A DNA stretch of 64,000 nt from Candidatus Latescibacterota bacterium (GTDB taxonomy: Bacteria; Latescibacterota; UBA2968). The stretch covers positions 2,144,001 through 2,208,000 of the forward strand of contig OZ242010.1 in NCBI GenBank assembly GCA_965204745.1. The letters are read 5' to 3'. Positions 51,501 through 58,839 of this stretch are shown here, piece by piece. The position numbers and the translations under genes were made by a program. The notes under the pieces were generated by a model. The model did not search any database. It was not told the origin of the DNA and worked only from the letters and a program-made list of their open reading frames with translations. Position 1 is the first letter of the stretch. Each line of letters begins with the position of its first letter.

Positions 51501-53211
51501 GGAGGATGGCGGCGTGAGCACGGTGACGGCGACGCTGACACACCCATCGAGTGAGGCGACGACGATCACGGTGCGCCCGGTGGCGAATGCCTACACGGTG
51601 GGTTCGGATTCGACGATTACCATCGCGGCTGGGAGCACGGCGAACGCGACGGACACGGTGGCACTCACCGCCGTGGACAACGACATAGACGCATCAGACA
51701 ACGCGGTGATGGTGCAGACCGCCGCTGTGGAGAACGACCACGGCGCGGGCAACGTGCAGGCTACGTCGCTGACGATCACCGATGACGACGAGGCGGCGAT
51801 TGAGGTGTCGGCGATGACCACGACGACGGTCAGGCTCCACACGACAGAGTCGGGCAGGGCCGAGACCTTCACGGTCACGCTCGCCTCCGAGCCGACGGGG
51901 AACGTGGCCCTCTCGGTGGTCAGTTCAGACACGACGGAAGGCACTGTATCGCCCTCGGTGCTGACCTTCTCATCGACAACATGGAGCACGGCGCAAACCG
52001 TGACCGTGACCGGGCAGGACGATACTCCCGCCGCCGTCGATGGCAACCAGAACTATACGGTCACCCTTTCGGTGAACCAGACGGATACGCAGGACACCAA
52101 CTACGACGCGCTCACCGCGATCATCGTGTACATGGTCAACCGCGATAACGATTTCGGCTTGGACATAAGCGCGGTGACCGGGCAGGCCACAGAGGCCGGT
52201 GCCTCGGCGACCTTCACGGTGGCCCTGCTGACGCAACCCTCGGCGGCGGTAACGATTTCGGTGACGAGCCAAGACCCGAGCGAAGGGCGGGTTGAGCCTG
52301 CGATGCTGACCTTCGCGCCGACGAGCTATAACACGGCACAAACCGTGACCGTGACCGGGCAGGACGACATCATCGACGACGGGAACGTCACCTGGACGGT
52401 GCGACTCGCCCTATCAAGCGGCGATGCCAACTACAACACCCTTTCGGACGAGGATGTTCCGGTGACGACGACCGACGATGAAGATGCGCCGACCGTGACG
52501 TTGGTGCTCACACCCTCGTCCATCTCGGAAAACGGCGAGGTTTCCACGGTGAGCGCGACCCTATCGCATCCATCGAGCGGGATCACGACGATCACGGTCT
52601 CTGCTACGCCTGTGTCCCCTGCGACTGCGAGCGACTTCACGCTATCGAGTGCAGACACGCTGATCATCGCGGCGACGACCACAACGAGCACGGGCACCGT
52701 GACGATCACCGCAGAGGACAACAACGACCAGGCAGACGAGAAGATGGTCAGGGTGTCTGCAACCGCAAACAACGCCCAAGGCATCACCGATCCTTCGCCC
52801 GTGACCCTGACCCTGACCGATGACGAAACACCGAGTGCCAACTTGGATGTGGATGGCGATGGCCGGGTGAGATTGTTCTCGGATATAATCCTGGTCATTC
52901 GATACGTCCTCTTCTTCCGGGAAGAGGCCCTCCTCAGAGGGAACGTCATCGAGCCAACTGCCACGCGCACGACCGCTCAAGAAATTGAACCCTACCTCGA
53001 CACGTTGGTCAATCAGAACATTCTCGATGTGGATGGCGATGGCGATGTGAGGCTGTTCTCGGATATAATCCTGATCATTCGATATGTCCTCTTCTTCCGG
53101 AACGAGGCCCTCGTCAGAGGGAACGTCATCGAGCCAACTGCCACGCGCACGACCTCTCAAGCCATTGAACCCTACATCCGAAGCCTCTATCCCGCCTCCC
53201 ACTTCCAATGA
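45505..53211 (+). CDS. large secreted repeat protein: 4 GLUG-like modules, multiple Thr-rich Ig/Calx-beta-like domains, dockerin-like C-terminal duplication
   Basis: Signal peptide MTPRYARLLALVALGMLVASGPAFA; 4x DxDGLxxVxxLAQLxAxRxDLNG..C...C.GYEL; GGLVG repeats; LTITDDD repeats; 2x LDVDGDG.VRLFSDIIL.IRY. Confidence 0.85.
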   Translation: MTPRYARLLALVALGMLVASGPAFAQTDYDSDNDGYIDVANLAQLNAIRWDLNGDGVVSSTDSTNYFTAFSNPASGMGCPSSGCNGYELLNNLDFDENNDNSITSADATYWNNGAGWLPIGGTYTGNFKGNGYTIDNLFINRGSASAIGLFYQFGSSSRVETLGIINANVTLKKYGGILVYQNSGTIVACYTTGTVTGEEKISGLVGWAGTGSISTSYSHASVTTSTNDSDVGGLVGEIWGNAIIRNSYFAGTINGTNSAGGLVGDEDGGSAYDSYWDSSKASGTIQLGSGQSTTTLQGTTGYTGIYANWNLDLDGNTNTGDSQGRDDPWNFGTSSQYPVLKYVGPSAVVIDHDGDNDGLIDIKTLAQLNAIRHDLNGNGDATHADYAAAFPGRVTTSSGRMGCPSGTCTGYELLNNLDFDENNDGAITQADTTYWNSGAGWDPLGTYTGTFKGNNKTISHLFINRGSRHNTGLFQAVDGDVSGLGLLNVDVTGRDRVGGLAGNQGGGGTISSCYVTGRVSGSKWGVGGLVGRSFRTSGTNRIVSSYARVSVRVPASVTSGGMAGGLVGWLTDQTEVVASYAMGSVFVGHSSGVGGGLVGQIASGGGVTASYSIGRVTGAGTKGGLVGSISGTVTDSYWDTQESGIADDGDTVAPEGKLISDLQSVTSASGIYANWDDLTIDASGANDDDPWTFGTTKQYPVLTFADMDTTVQFAIQPVHYDTDSDGLLEVSTLAQLHAMRWDLNGDGVVADSDAMTYNAAFPNGNLSRSKGCPSTGCIGYELLANLDFDTSGDGEITSADATYWNGGAGWAPIGSSNTSPYTATFEGNGKTISHLYINRYVNFSGFFASTDTTTHIRSLGLVNAVINTGQGTVGALVGLNKGRIAASYVTGSVTASTNVGGLAGATQRGSYIVASYATASVVCNQSGPWSTGGGLVGANGPGATIASSYSTGSVTGACLHKHGLAENSGTVTDSYWDTQTSDIADDSDTVAPEGKLTSDLQSVTSASGIYANWDDLTIDASGANDDDPWTFGTTNQYPALKFAGLDTTAQFATQPVHYDTDSDGLLEVSTLAQLHAMRWDLNGDGVVADSDAMTYNAAFPNGNLSASKGCPSTGCIGYELLNNLDFDENNDGAITQADATYWNSGAGWDPVGPYGGTFKGNNKTISHLFINRGSRHNTGLFHAVDGDVSGLGLLNVNVTGADRVGGLAGNQGGGGTISSCYVTGRVSGSRWGVGGLVGRSYRTSGSNRIVSSYALVSVRVPAHVTSDGLAGGLVGWLTDQTEVVASYALGSVFAGHSSAVGGGLVGQIASNADVTASYAIGRVTGAGTKGGLVGSSAGTVTDSHWDTSTSGQTTSAGGSGVVGKTTSDLLSPTTYGATANDTYYNWNANLDGQPGNDDPWTFGAMDQYPALKYAGMDTTAQFQLQPARVTLTLMPSSISESGGMGTVTATLAHPLSAATTITVRPVAGAYTVGSDTTITIAAGSTANATDTVVITAVNNTQDEPNRDVTVSVVAGNAQGAGSVTGATLTLEDDDPAPTATLAASPASISENGAVSTITASLSRPSSAATTITVRPVAGAYTVGADTTITIAAGDTINASDTVVITAVNNTQDAPNRDVTVLGVMSNTQGAGSVTGAALTLTDDDVAPDVTMVLSPASISEDGAISTVTATLSHTSSAATTITVSASAVSPAVPGDYMLSTPATLTVAAGATTSTGTVTITTVDNSISSGNKTVTVSSTVGNSIGTGSVTDATLTIIDDEVAQVTLVLTPASITENAQISTITATLDRVATVATTVTVSATPVAPAVAGDFTLSTATTLTFAANVTTSTGAVTITSVNDTTDAPDKRVTVSATVAGGNGASLSSAVTLTITDDEAAPDVALTLSPASIAETGGVSTITATLSHRSSAATTITVRPVAGAYTVGMDSTITIAAGSTANATDTVEITAVDNATDAPNNSLTVSVAVSNDQGAGNVTGTALTITDDDAAPDVTLMLSPASISEDGGVSTVTATLTHPSSEATTITVRPVANAYTVGSDSTITIAAGSTANATDTVALTAVDNDIDASDNAVMVQTAAVENDHGAGNVQATSLTITDDDEAAIEVSAMTTTTVRLHTTESGRAETFTVTLASEPTGNVALSVVSSDTTEGTVSPSVLTFSSTTWSTAQTVTVTGQDDTPAAVDGNQNYTVTLSVNQTDTQDTNYDALTAIIVYMVNRDNDFGLDISAVTGQATEAGASATFTVALLTQPSAAVTISVTSQDPSEGRVEPAMLTFAPTSYNTAQTVTVTGQDDIIDDGNVTWTVRLALSSGDANYNTLSDEDVPVTTTDDEDAPTVTLVLTPSSISENGEVSTVSATLSHPSSGITTITVSATPVSPATASDFTLSSADTLIIAATTTTSTGTVTITAEDNNDQADEKMVRVSATANNAQGITDPSPVTLTLTDDETPSANLDVDGDGRVRLFSDIILVIRYVLFFREEALLRGNVIEPTATRTTAQEIEPYLDTLVNQNILDVDGDGDVRLFSDIILIIRYVLFFRNEALVRGNVIEPTATRTTSQAIEPYIRSLYPASHFQ

Positions 53212-53402
53212 AAGCCTATTCCTTGACCGCCACAGATGGCAATGGCGATGGCAATGTGAATTTCGCCGACTTCTTGACCTTTGCGGATAAGTTTGGATCG
53301 CGGCTCGGACAGGAGCGATATGACCCCCGGTGCGATCTCAATGGCGAGATTGGATTCTCCGATTTCCTCATCTTCGCCGATAGCTTTGGCTCGACAGGCT
53401 GA
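53208..53402 (+). CDS. small EF-hand/dockerin-like protein or detached C-terminal domain
   Basis: DGNGDGNVNFADFLTFADKFG...DLNGEIGFSDFLIFADSFG; ATGA overlap. Confidence 0.6.
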   Translation: MKAYSLTATDGNGDGNVNFADFLTFADKFGSRLGQERYDPRCDLNGEIGFSDFLIFADSFGSTG

Positions 53403-53425
53403 ACGACGAAAGATGGAAAAAAACA

Positions 53426-53463
53426 AAAGCCCGGGTTCACTGTGAACCCGGGCTTTACTTTTT
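53426..53463 (+). terminator. rho-independent terminator
   Basis: AAAGCCCGGGTTCA-ctg-TGAACCCGGGCTTT followed by T-rich run. Confidence 0.85.
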
Positions 53464-53819
53464 GGGACCTACCCCCCTAACCCCCCTTCCTGCGAGGAAG
53501 GGGGGAACGGTGAGCGGTTTTGCGAGGGGAATGGCGATAGGTTTTTTGGGGTTCATTGATCCATTCGCTCAAAGCCATCAAAACAGGCCTGGATGCAAAC
53601 CTTTCAGAAAGCCATGCGCTCCCCCTTTCCTTGTAGGAAAGGGGGCCGGGGGGATAGGTCGCATTTTCATGGCATGATCCATTCGCGCAAAGCCATCAAA
53701 ACAGCCAGGGATACAAACCTTCAAAAAGCCATGTGCTCCCCCTTTCCTTGTAGGCACAGGCGTAGCCTACAATGAGCGAAGCGAATAACGGGGGCCGGGG
53801 GGATAGGTCTCTATGGCGG
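53464..53819 (-). repeat. long repeat, inverted partner of 44876-45114, with internal duplication
   Basis: Sequence alignment by eye. Confidence 0.88.
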
Positions 53820-53909
53820 GGGATGCGAAGGACACAGCGGAGTGGGAACGATGAAGCGGTGGTAGGGTGGTGGGTGGCTCTCACCTCTTGTATGTTGTCA
53901 GAAAGGGTT

Positions 53910-54115
53910 AATTTAGGTGTTGCGCCCTCGCATCGAGACACGCCATCTTGATGCCCTGCTCGGGGAAGGCCGGCGCCTCTTGAAGGCTATGACCTTGTAA
54001 GTAAGATAGGCCCCCCGACCGCCGAGTTGATACCGAAGAGTATCTAAGTCCATTGAGGCTGCATATACAAGACCGGTAGACTGGGCAAACAGTCGGGACG
54101 CGAACCCGAGCGCAC
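53910..54115 (+). ncRNA. IS110 bridge RNA (ends approximate)
   Basis: Two internal loops whose guides match the target flanks (53974-53981, 53999-54006) and the element ends (54037-54045, 54065-54072). Confidence 0.85.
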
Positions 54116-54154
54116 ACCAGACCCCTTCCCCACCCCTCATCACAGGAGGCCCCG

Positions 54155-55162
54155 ATGTCGAACACTCAACCCGCTTTTGCCGGCATTGATGTCAGTGCCC
54201 ACACGTTGTCCGTTGCCCTGTCCAGACCCGGACAAGGGGTCATGCAAGCCACCTTTGACAACGCGCCTCGGGCGCACAAGCACCTGTTGAAGTGGCTCAC
54301 CAAGGGCGGGCGCATGGTCTCGGTCTGTCTCGAAGCGACCGGGCGTTATAGCTTGGGGGTGGCCTTGGCCTTGCATCAGCATCGCTGCACGCAGGTCATG
54401 GTCGTCAATCCCAAAGCGATGAGCAAGTACGCTCAAGCCTGCATGCAACGGGCAAAGACAGATGCGAAGGATGCGTTGTTGATCCTCGATGATGCCGAGC
54501 GCATGCCCTTTGTGCCTTGGCAAGTGCCGAGCGAGCACGTCCTGCAACTGCAAACGCTGACCAGACGCATTGACCAACTCAAACAGGAGGTCAGCCGCGA
54601 ACAGAACCGGCACCACGCGCAGGACTACCCCGTCAAGCGTGCCCGCCTCATCACACGCGATATTCAGGTGAATATTCGACACCTCAAACGCCGCATTGCC
54701 TACTTGGAAGACCAAGCCCTCAAACTCGTTTTGCAGGACGAGACCCAAAAGCGTGCCTACCAGCACCTCTGCTCGGTGCCCGGTATCGCCCAAACGAGTG
54801 CCTTGCGGCTCTTGGCCGAGCTGGCCTCCTTGCCAGACGGGATGGAACCGCCCCAATGGGTCGCTCATGCAGGCCTGGATCCCAAACCCAAACAATCCGG
54901 GATGGCCAACCCGGAAAGACGCATCTCGAAAACCGGAAATAAATATCTCCGCCATGCCCTCTACATGCCTGCTTGGGTGGCCTGCAGGCACGAAGTCCAT
55001 GTCAAAGCCTTTTATGACAAACTCATCGCCAGGGGCAAGAAACCTTTGCAGGCTATCGTTGCGGTGATGCGAAAGTTGCTCCATTCGATCTGGGGCATGT
55101 TGCGGCATGACCAAGATTTTGAGGGCGAGAAATTCTATCGAATCACCCCGAAAACCCCTTGA
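54155..55162 (+). CDS. IS110 family recombinase/transposase
   Basis: DEDD motif GIDVS, LEATG, KTDAKDA; SVPGIA, AGLDP...QSG, ISKTGN..LR..LY. Confidence 0.95.
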   Translation: MSNTQPAFAGIDVSAHTLSVALSRPGQGVMQATFDNAPRAHKHLLKWLTKGGRMVSVCLEATGRYSLGVALALHQHRCTQVMVVNPKAMSKYAQACMQRAKTDAKDALLILDDAERMPFVPWQVPSEHVLQLQTLTRRIDQLKQEVSREQNRHHAQDYPVKRARLITRDIQVNIRHLKRRIAYLEDQALKLVLQDETQKRAYQHLCSVPGIAQTSALRLLAELASLPDGMEPPQWVAHAGLDPKPKQSGMANPERRISKTGNKYLRHALYMPAWVACRHEVHVKAFYDKLIARGKKPLQAIVAVMRKLLHSIWGMLRHDQDFEGEKFYRITPKTP

Positions 55163-55438
55163 CCTTTTAAGAGAGTATCTTACTTCTTGCCTCTTACTCG
55201 GGGATAGGGCTTGCGGTGGGGCGGTGATGGGATGGGCACGCATGGGCGGCAGGGCATGCGAAGGACATAGCGGTGGGGAACGATGAAGCGGTGGTGGGGA
55301 TGCGGGGTAATCCGCGTAATCCCCTAATCCGTTTAATCCGCGATTCTCCGCCTTTGACCTTGACACGCAACATAGCGATTCCGATATTGGACGCAACAGA
55401 GGTTTGTCGAACAATTTACAACGCACTTGGAGCGCGCT

Positions 55439-56605
55439 ATGGCTGAACGAAAGAAGATCGCGGCGATTGTGACTTCGTATTTTCCCCGGTCGCATGCGGA
55501 TGTGATTGTGACGAAGTTTTTGAAGGGGTTCCCCACGGATGACGGGTTGTTGTTGCCGGAGGTGGATGTCGCGTCGATGTATTTGGATCAAGTGCATTTT
55601 AGAGACGATATCGGGTGCGCGATAGCAGAGGAGTTTGGAGTGCCGATGTATGGAAGTATTACGCGAGCTCTGACGTTGGGAGGAAGCGAGTTGGCGGTGG
55701 ATGGCGTGTTGCTGATCGGCGAACACGGGGATTATGCGTGGAATGAAAAAGAACAACACATGTATCCGCGCAAGTATTTTTTTGAGCAAATCTGCGGGGT
55801 GTTTGCCTCGTCCGGGCGGGCGGTGCCGGTGTTTAATGACAAGCATCTCTCGTACAACTGGCAAGACGCCAAGTGGATGTACGACCGCGCGTGCGAACTC
55901 GAGGTGCCGTTTATGGCCGGGTCGTCCGTGCCGCTGGCATGGCGCAAGCCGTGGATCGACTATGCGTTGGATGCGGAGATCGAAAAGGCGATGTCCGTGG
56001 CGTATAGCGGGCTGGATTCCTACGGGTTTCACGCATTGGAGCTCTTACAGTGTATGGTGGAGCGGCGCGCTGGCGGCGAGACCGGGATTGTGGCTGTGAG
56101 GTGTTTGGAGGGCGACGATGTTTGGGCGTCCGATGCGTGGGATCGCGATCTCTACGCGGCGGCGGTGGCACCCATCGAGGCGAAAGAAGAGGGCGATGTG
56201 CGCGACCACTGCGAAAATCCAGCGCTCTTTTTGTTGGAATATGCGGATGGATTGCAGGCGGCGACGTTGATGTTGAATGGGTACACAAAAGGGTGGGGCT
56301 TCGCAGCGCGGCGAAACGGACAGGTGGAGGGCATGCGCGTTTTGTTGCCGGATAGCCCGCATCCGCATTTCAGTTATTTGAGTTTGAATGTCCAGCAGAT
56401 GTTTTTGACGGGCGAGCCGCAGTACCCGGTCGAGCGCACGCTGTTGGTGTCTGGCGCGCTGGAGGCGTTGTTGGATTCGCGGTATCAAGGGCACGAGCGC
56501 GTCAAGACGCCGCATTTGCAGGTGGCCTATCAATCGTATCGAAAGATGCCGATTCGCCCGGTGAATCCGCATCCGATGGGCGCGAGTTTGGCGCCGTTTG
56601 AATGA
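55439..56605 (+). CDS. conserved hypothetical protein, oxidoreductase-like
   Basis: Long ORF with host-like codon style; VDGVLLIGEHGDY, VFNDKHLS, YGFHALE. Confidence 0.7.
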   Translation: MAERKKIAAIVTSYFPRSHADVIVTKFLKGFPTDDGLLLPEVDVASMYLDQVHFRDDIGCAIAEEFGVPMYGSITRALTLGGSELAVDGVLLIGEHGDYAWNEKEQHMYPRKYFFEQICGVFASSGRAVPVFNDKHLSYNWQDAKWMYDRACELEVPFMAGSSVPLAWRKPWIDYALDAEIEKAMSVAYSGLDSYGFHALELLQCMVERRAGGETGIVAVRCLEGDDVWASDAWDRDLYAAAVAPIEAKEEGDVRDHCENPALFLLEYADGLQAATLMLNGYTKGWGFAARRNGQVEGMRVLLPDSPHPHFSYLSLNVQQMFLTGEPQYPVERTLLVSGALEALLDSRYQGHERVKTPHLQVAYQSYRKMPIRPVNPHPMGASLAPFE

Positions 56606-56713
56606 TTGCCACGAGAAGCGCGCCCTGTGCTGATTCTACACAGAGGTCACAAACGAGCGCAAAGTGCGTCAGTAAGGGGCGGTGCCCGTGCCCGCCCGAA
56701 GCTACGAGAGGTG

Positions 56714-57061
56714 ATGGTGCTCAAGTGCGTTGAAAATCCCGAGCGCGAGCGGGGGTATGCGATTGAATTTGAGACCGCGGAATTTACGGCTCTGTACGCG
56801 GTGACAGAACAGCCGATTTTTGCGACGGTCTCGATTTCTTATGTGCCTCGAGAATTGTGCGTGGAACAGATGTCGCTCAAGGCGTATTTGGGCTCGTTTC
56901 GCAATGAGAAGGTGTTTTGCGAGGGCGCGATCAATCGGATCGCTGACGATTTTATCCGGGCCTGCGATCCGTTGACGGTAAACGTGACAGGTGATTTTAC
57001 CGTGCGCGGGGGCATAGAGACGCGCATCGCCGTGACATGCGAACGCGAGGATGGGGCATGA
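56714..57061 (+). CDS. QueF-like T-fold protein lacking catalytic Cys/Asp
   Basis: EFTALYAVTEQPIFAT aligns with EFTSLCPKTGQPDFAT; EQMSLKAYLGSFRN; RGGI. Confidence 0.75.
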   Translation: MVLKCVENPERERGYAIEFETAEFTALYAVTEQPIFATVSISYVPRELCVEQMSLKAYLGSFRNEKVFCEGAINRIADDFIRACDPLTVNVTGDFTVRGGIETRIAVTCEREDGA

Positions 57062-57441
57062 GTTCGGTGGATCTCTTAGAGGCATTCGACAATCCCAATC
57101 CGGAACGGCAGTACGAGATCGAATTTACGTTTGCCGAGTTCACGTCGCTGTGTCCCAAAACCGGGCAACCGGATTTTGCGACGATTGTGATTCGGTACGT
57201 GCCCGGCCCGCGATGCGTGGAATTGCGCTCGCTGAAGCACTACTTTTGGTCCTTTCGCAATCGGGGCATTTACATGGAGCCTGTAACCAACGAGATTTTG
57301 AACGATCTGGTGGCGCTGTGCGACCCTGTGGAAATGCAGGTGAGTAGCCGATTCAATATCCGAGGCGGCATCGATCACGAGATTGTGACGCATTACAAGC
57401 GGGAAGCGGATGCACCTGCGAAAGAGGAGAAATCACCCTGA
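57058..57441 (+). CDS. queF: preQ0 nitrile reductase QueF (unimodular)
   Basis: EFTSLCPKTGQPDFA, VELRSLKHY..SFRN, RGGI; ATGA overlap with paralogue. Confidence 0.9.
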   Translation: MSSVDLLEAFDNPNPERQYEIEFTFAEFTSLCPKTGQPDFATIVIRYVPGPRCVELRSLKHYFWSFRNRGIYMEPVTNEILNDLVALCDPVEMQVSSRFNIRGGIDHEIVTHYKREADAPAKEEKSP

Positions 57442-57599
57442 ACAACGCGGCGTTTGAGAAATCAGCGTAAGCCCAAGACACCTCAAAAACCGCCCTTGCC
57501 CAAATGACGCGATTTGTGTACCTTTTTCATGAACGCGAAAACAACCGCTGGCTTTTGGGCTGAATTTTACCACGACCACAACACAGAAGGAGAAGATCG

Positions 57600-58262
57600 A
57601 TGCAACAGACAAAGCCGCAGCAGGAAGACTTGTTGGTTTGGTTTCTCAAGGTGTGGGATCAGATTGAGGACAATTACATTCCGATCCTCATAGGAGTGGG
57701 CATCGCGCTGATCGCCGCGCTGATTTTCGTCTTTTTTCATCAAGAGCACACGCAACGCGCTCGGGATGCGCGTGAAGCCTTGGGATCCGTTTATATCGCG
57801 CTTTCCCAAGGCCGCACAGCAGACGCCATCGCCACATCGCACGACGTGATGGCGACTTATGCAGGCGAAGCCGCCGCTGCCGAGGCATTGATGACCTTGG
57901 CCAATTTGCATTTTGAAGAGGGCGACATCGCAGAAGCGCGCACGCTCTTTCAAAAATATTTGGATGAGAACTCGTCAGCAGGGCCACTGGGATATGGTGC
58001 CTGGTCGGGGTTGGCTTCATGTCTCGAAACCGAGGGCAAATTTGCCGAAGCGGGGCAACGATTCGCGGCTTTTGCCGACGCCCAACCCAACTCGCCCTAC
58101 GCGGCCATCGCGCTGAAAGAAGCGGGCAGATGTTACGAACTCGCGCAACAACCCGCGCAAGCCCGCGACGCGTATCAAAAGATCACCGCAGAATACAGCG
58201 CGTCCTCCGTCGCCCGATTCGCACGCGGGCAGTTGAATATGATGGGGATTGAGGCCGAGTGA
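57600..58262 (+). CDS. membrane-anchored TPR protein (YfgM-like)
   Basis: Single N-terminal TM followed by Ala-rich TPR-like helices. Confidence 0.75.
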   Translation: MQQTKPQQEDLLVWFLKVWDQIEDNYIPILIGVGIALIAALIFVFFHQEHTQRARDAREALGSVYIALSQGRTADAIATSHDVMATYAGEAAAAEALMTLANLHFEEGDIAEARTLFQKYLDENSSAGPLGYGAWSGLASCLETEGKFAEAGQRFAAFADAQPNSPYAAIALKEAGRCYELAQQPAQARDAYQKITAEYSASSVARFARGQLNMMGIEAE

Positions 58263-58405
58263 AAAGCAACCACGGGCATGCCCCTGCGTGGTGTAAGCCG
58301 GGATGAACGCGAATGAACAACGCGGTTGGGGTTTCAAACCCGTGTCAATCGCGTCAAATTGACTTGGGCACCTCAAAAACACCAGATCGCCAGACGGAGA
58401 AAGTA

Positions 58406-58666
58406 ATGTCGCATTTTCAATATTTTCCCGAAACCGATACCCTCTCTATCGACCTATCCGACAAGCCTGCAATGGGTGGGGCTATAAATGCAGGTGCAGA
58501 TGGCGAGGACGAGGATATTTTGTTTTCTATCGACAACAAGGGGCGGATCACAAATATCACTATCGAAAGGGCCAGCGTCCGCACAGATCTGTCCCGCATC
58601 GCCTTGGATGAGCATCACATCGTTGTCGGACGCGGGTGCCCGACAACGCAACGTCAATCTGCTTAA
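58406..58666 (+). CDS. DUF2283-like small protein
   Basis: YFPETDTLSIDL...ID..GRITNITIERAS. Confidence 0.65.
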   Translation: MSHFQYFPETDTLSIDLSDKPAMGGAINAGADGEDEDILFSIDNKGRITNITIERASVRTDLSRIALDEHHIVVGRGCPTTQRQSA

Positions 58667-58839
58667 TTTTGGAGATCTTGTGCCCAGAGAACCGGAAGCG
58701 GCAGGACGGTGATGGGCTGGGCACGCACGGGTGGTTGAGTGGAGCGGCTGGGCCGTTACTTTATCCTTGTTTTGAAATGGATTTGGGATTTTCATGGAGC
58801 AATGTAGGTGCATCGCGCAAGTAGGCAAAGGAGGATGGT

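Larger units (their letters stand above)
53887..55180 (+). mobile_element. IS110-family insertion sequence (IS621-like), CT core at both ends
   Basis: Junctions CACCT-CT-TGTATG and GAGTAT-CT-TACTTC; long left non-coding end, short right end, no terminal inverted repeats. Confidence 0.9.

Noticed and set aside
53823-55295. ~40-bp direct repeat (53823-53863 / 55256-55295) as the IS110 target-site duplication
   Set aside because: It lies away from the CT-core junctions defined by the bridge-RNA guides; IS110 elements do not make long duplications, so it is pre-existing repeat DNA
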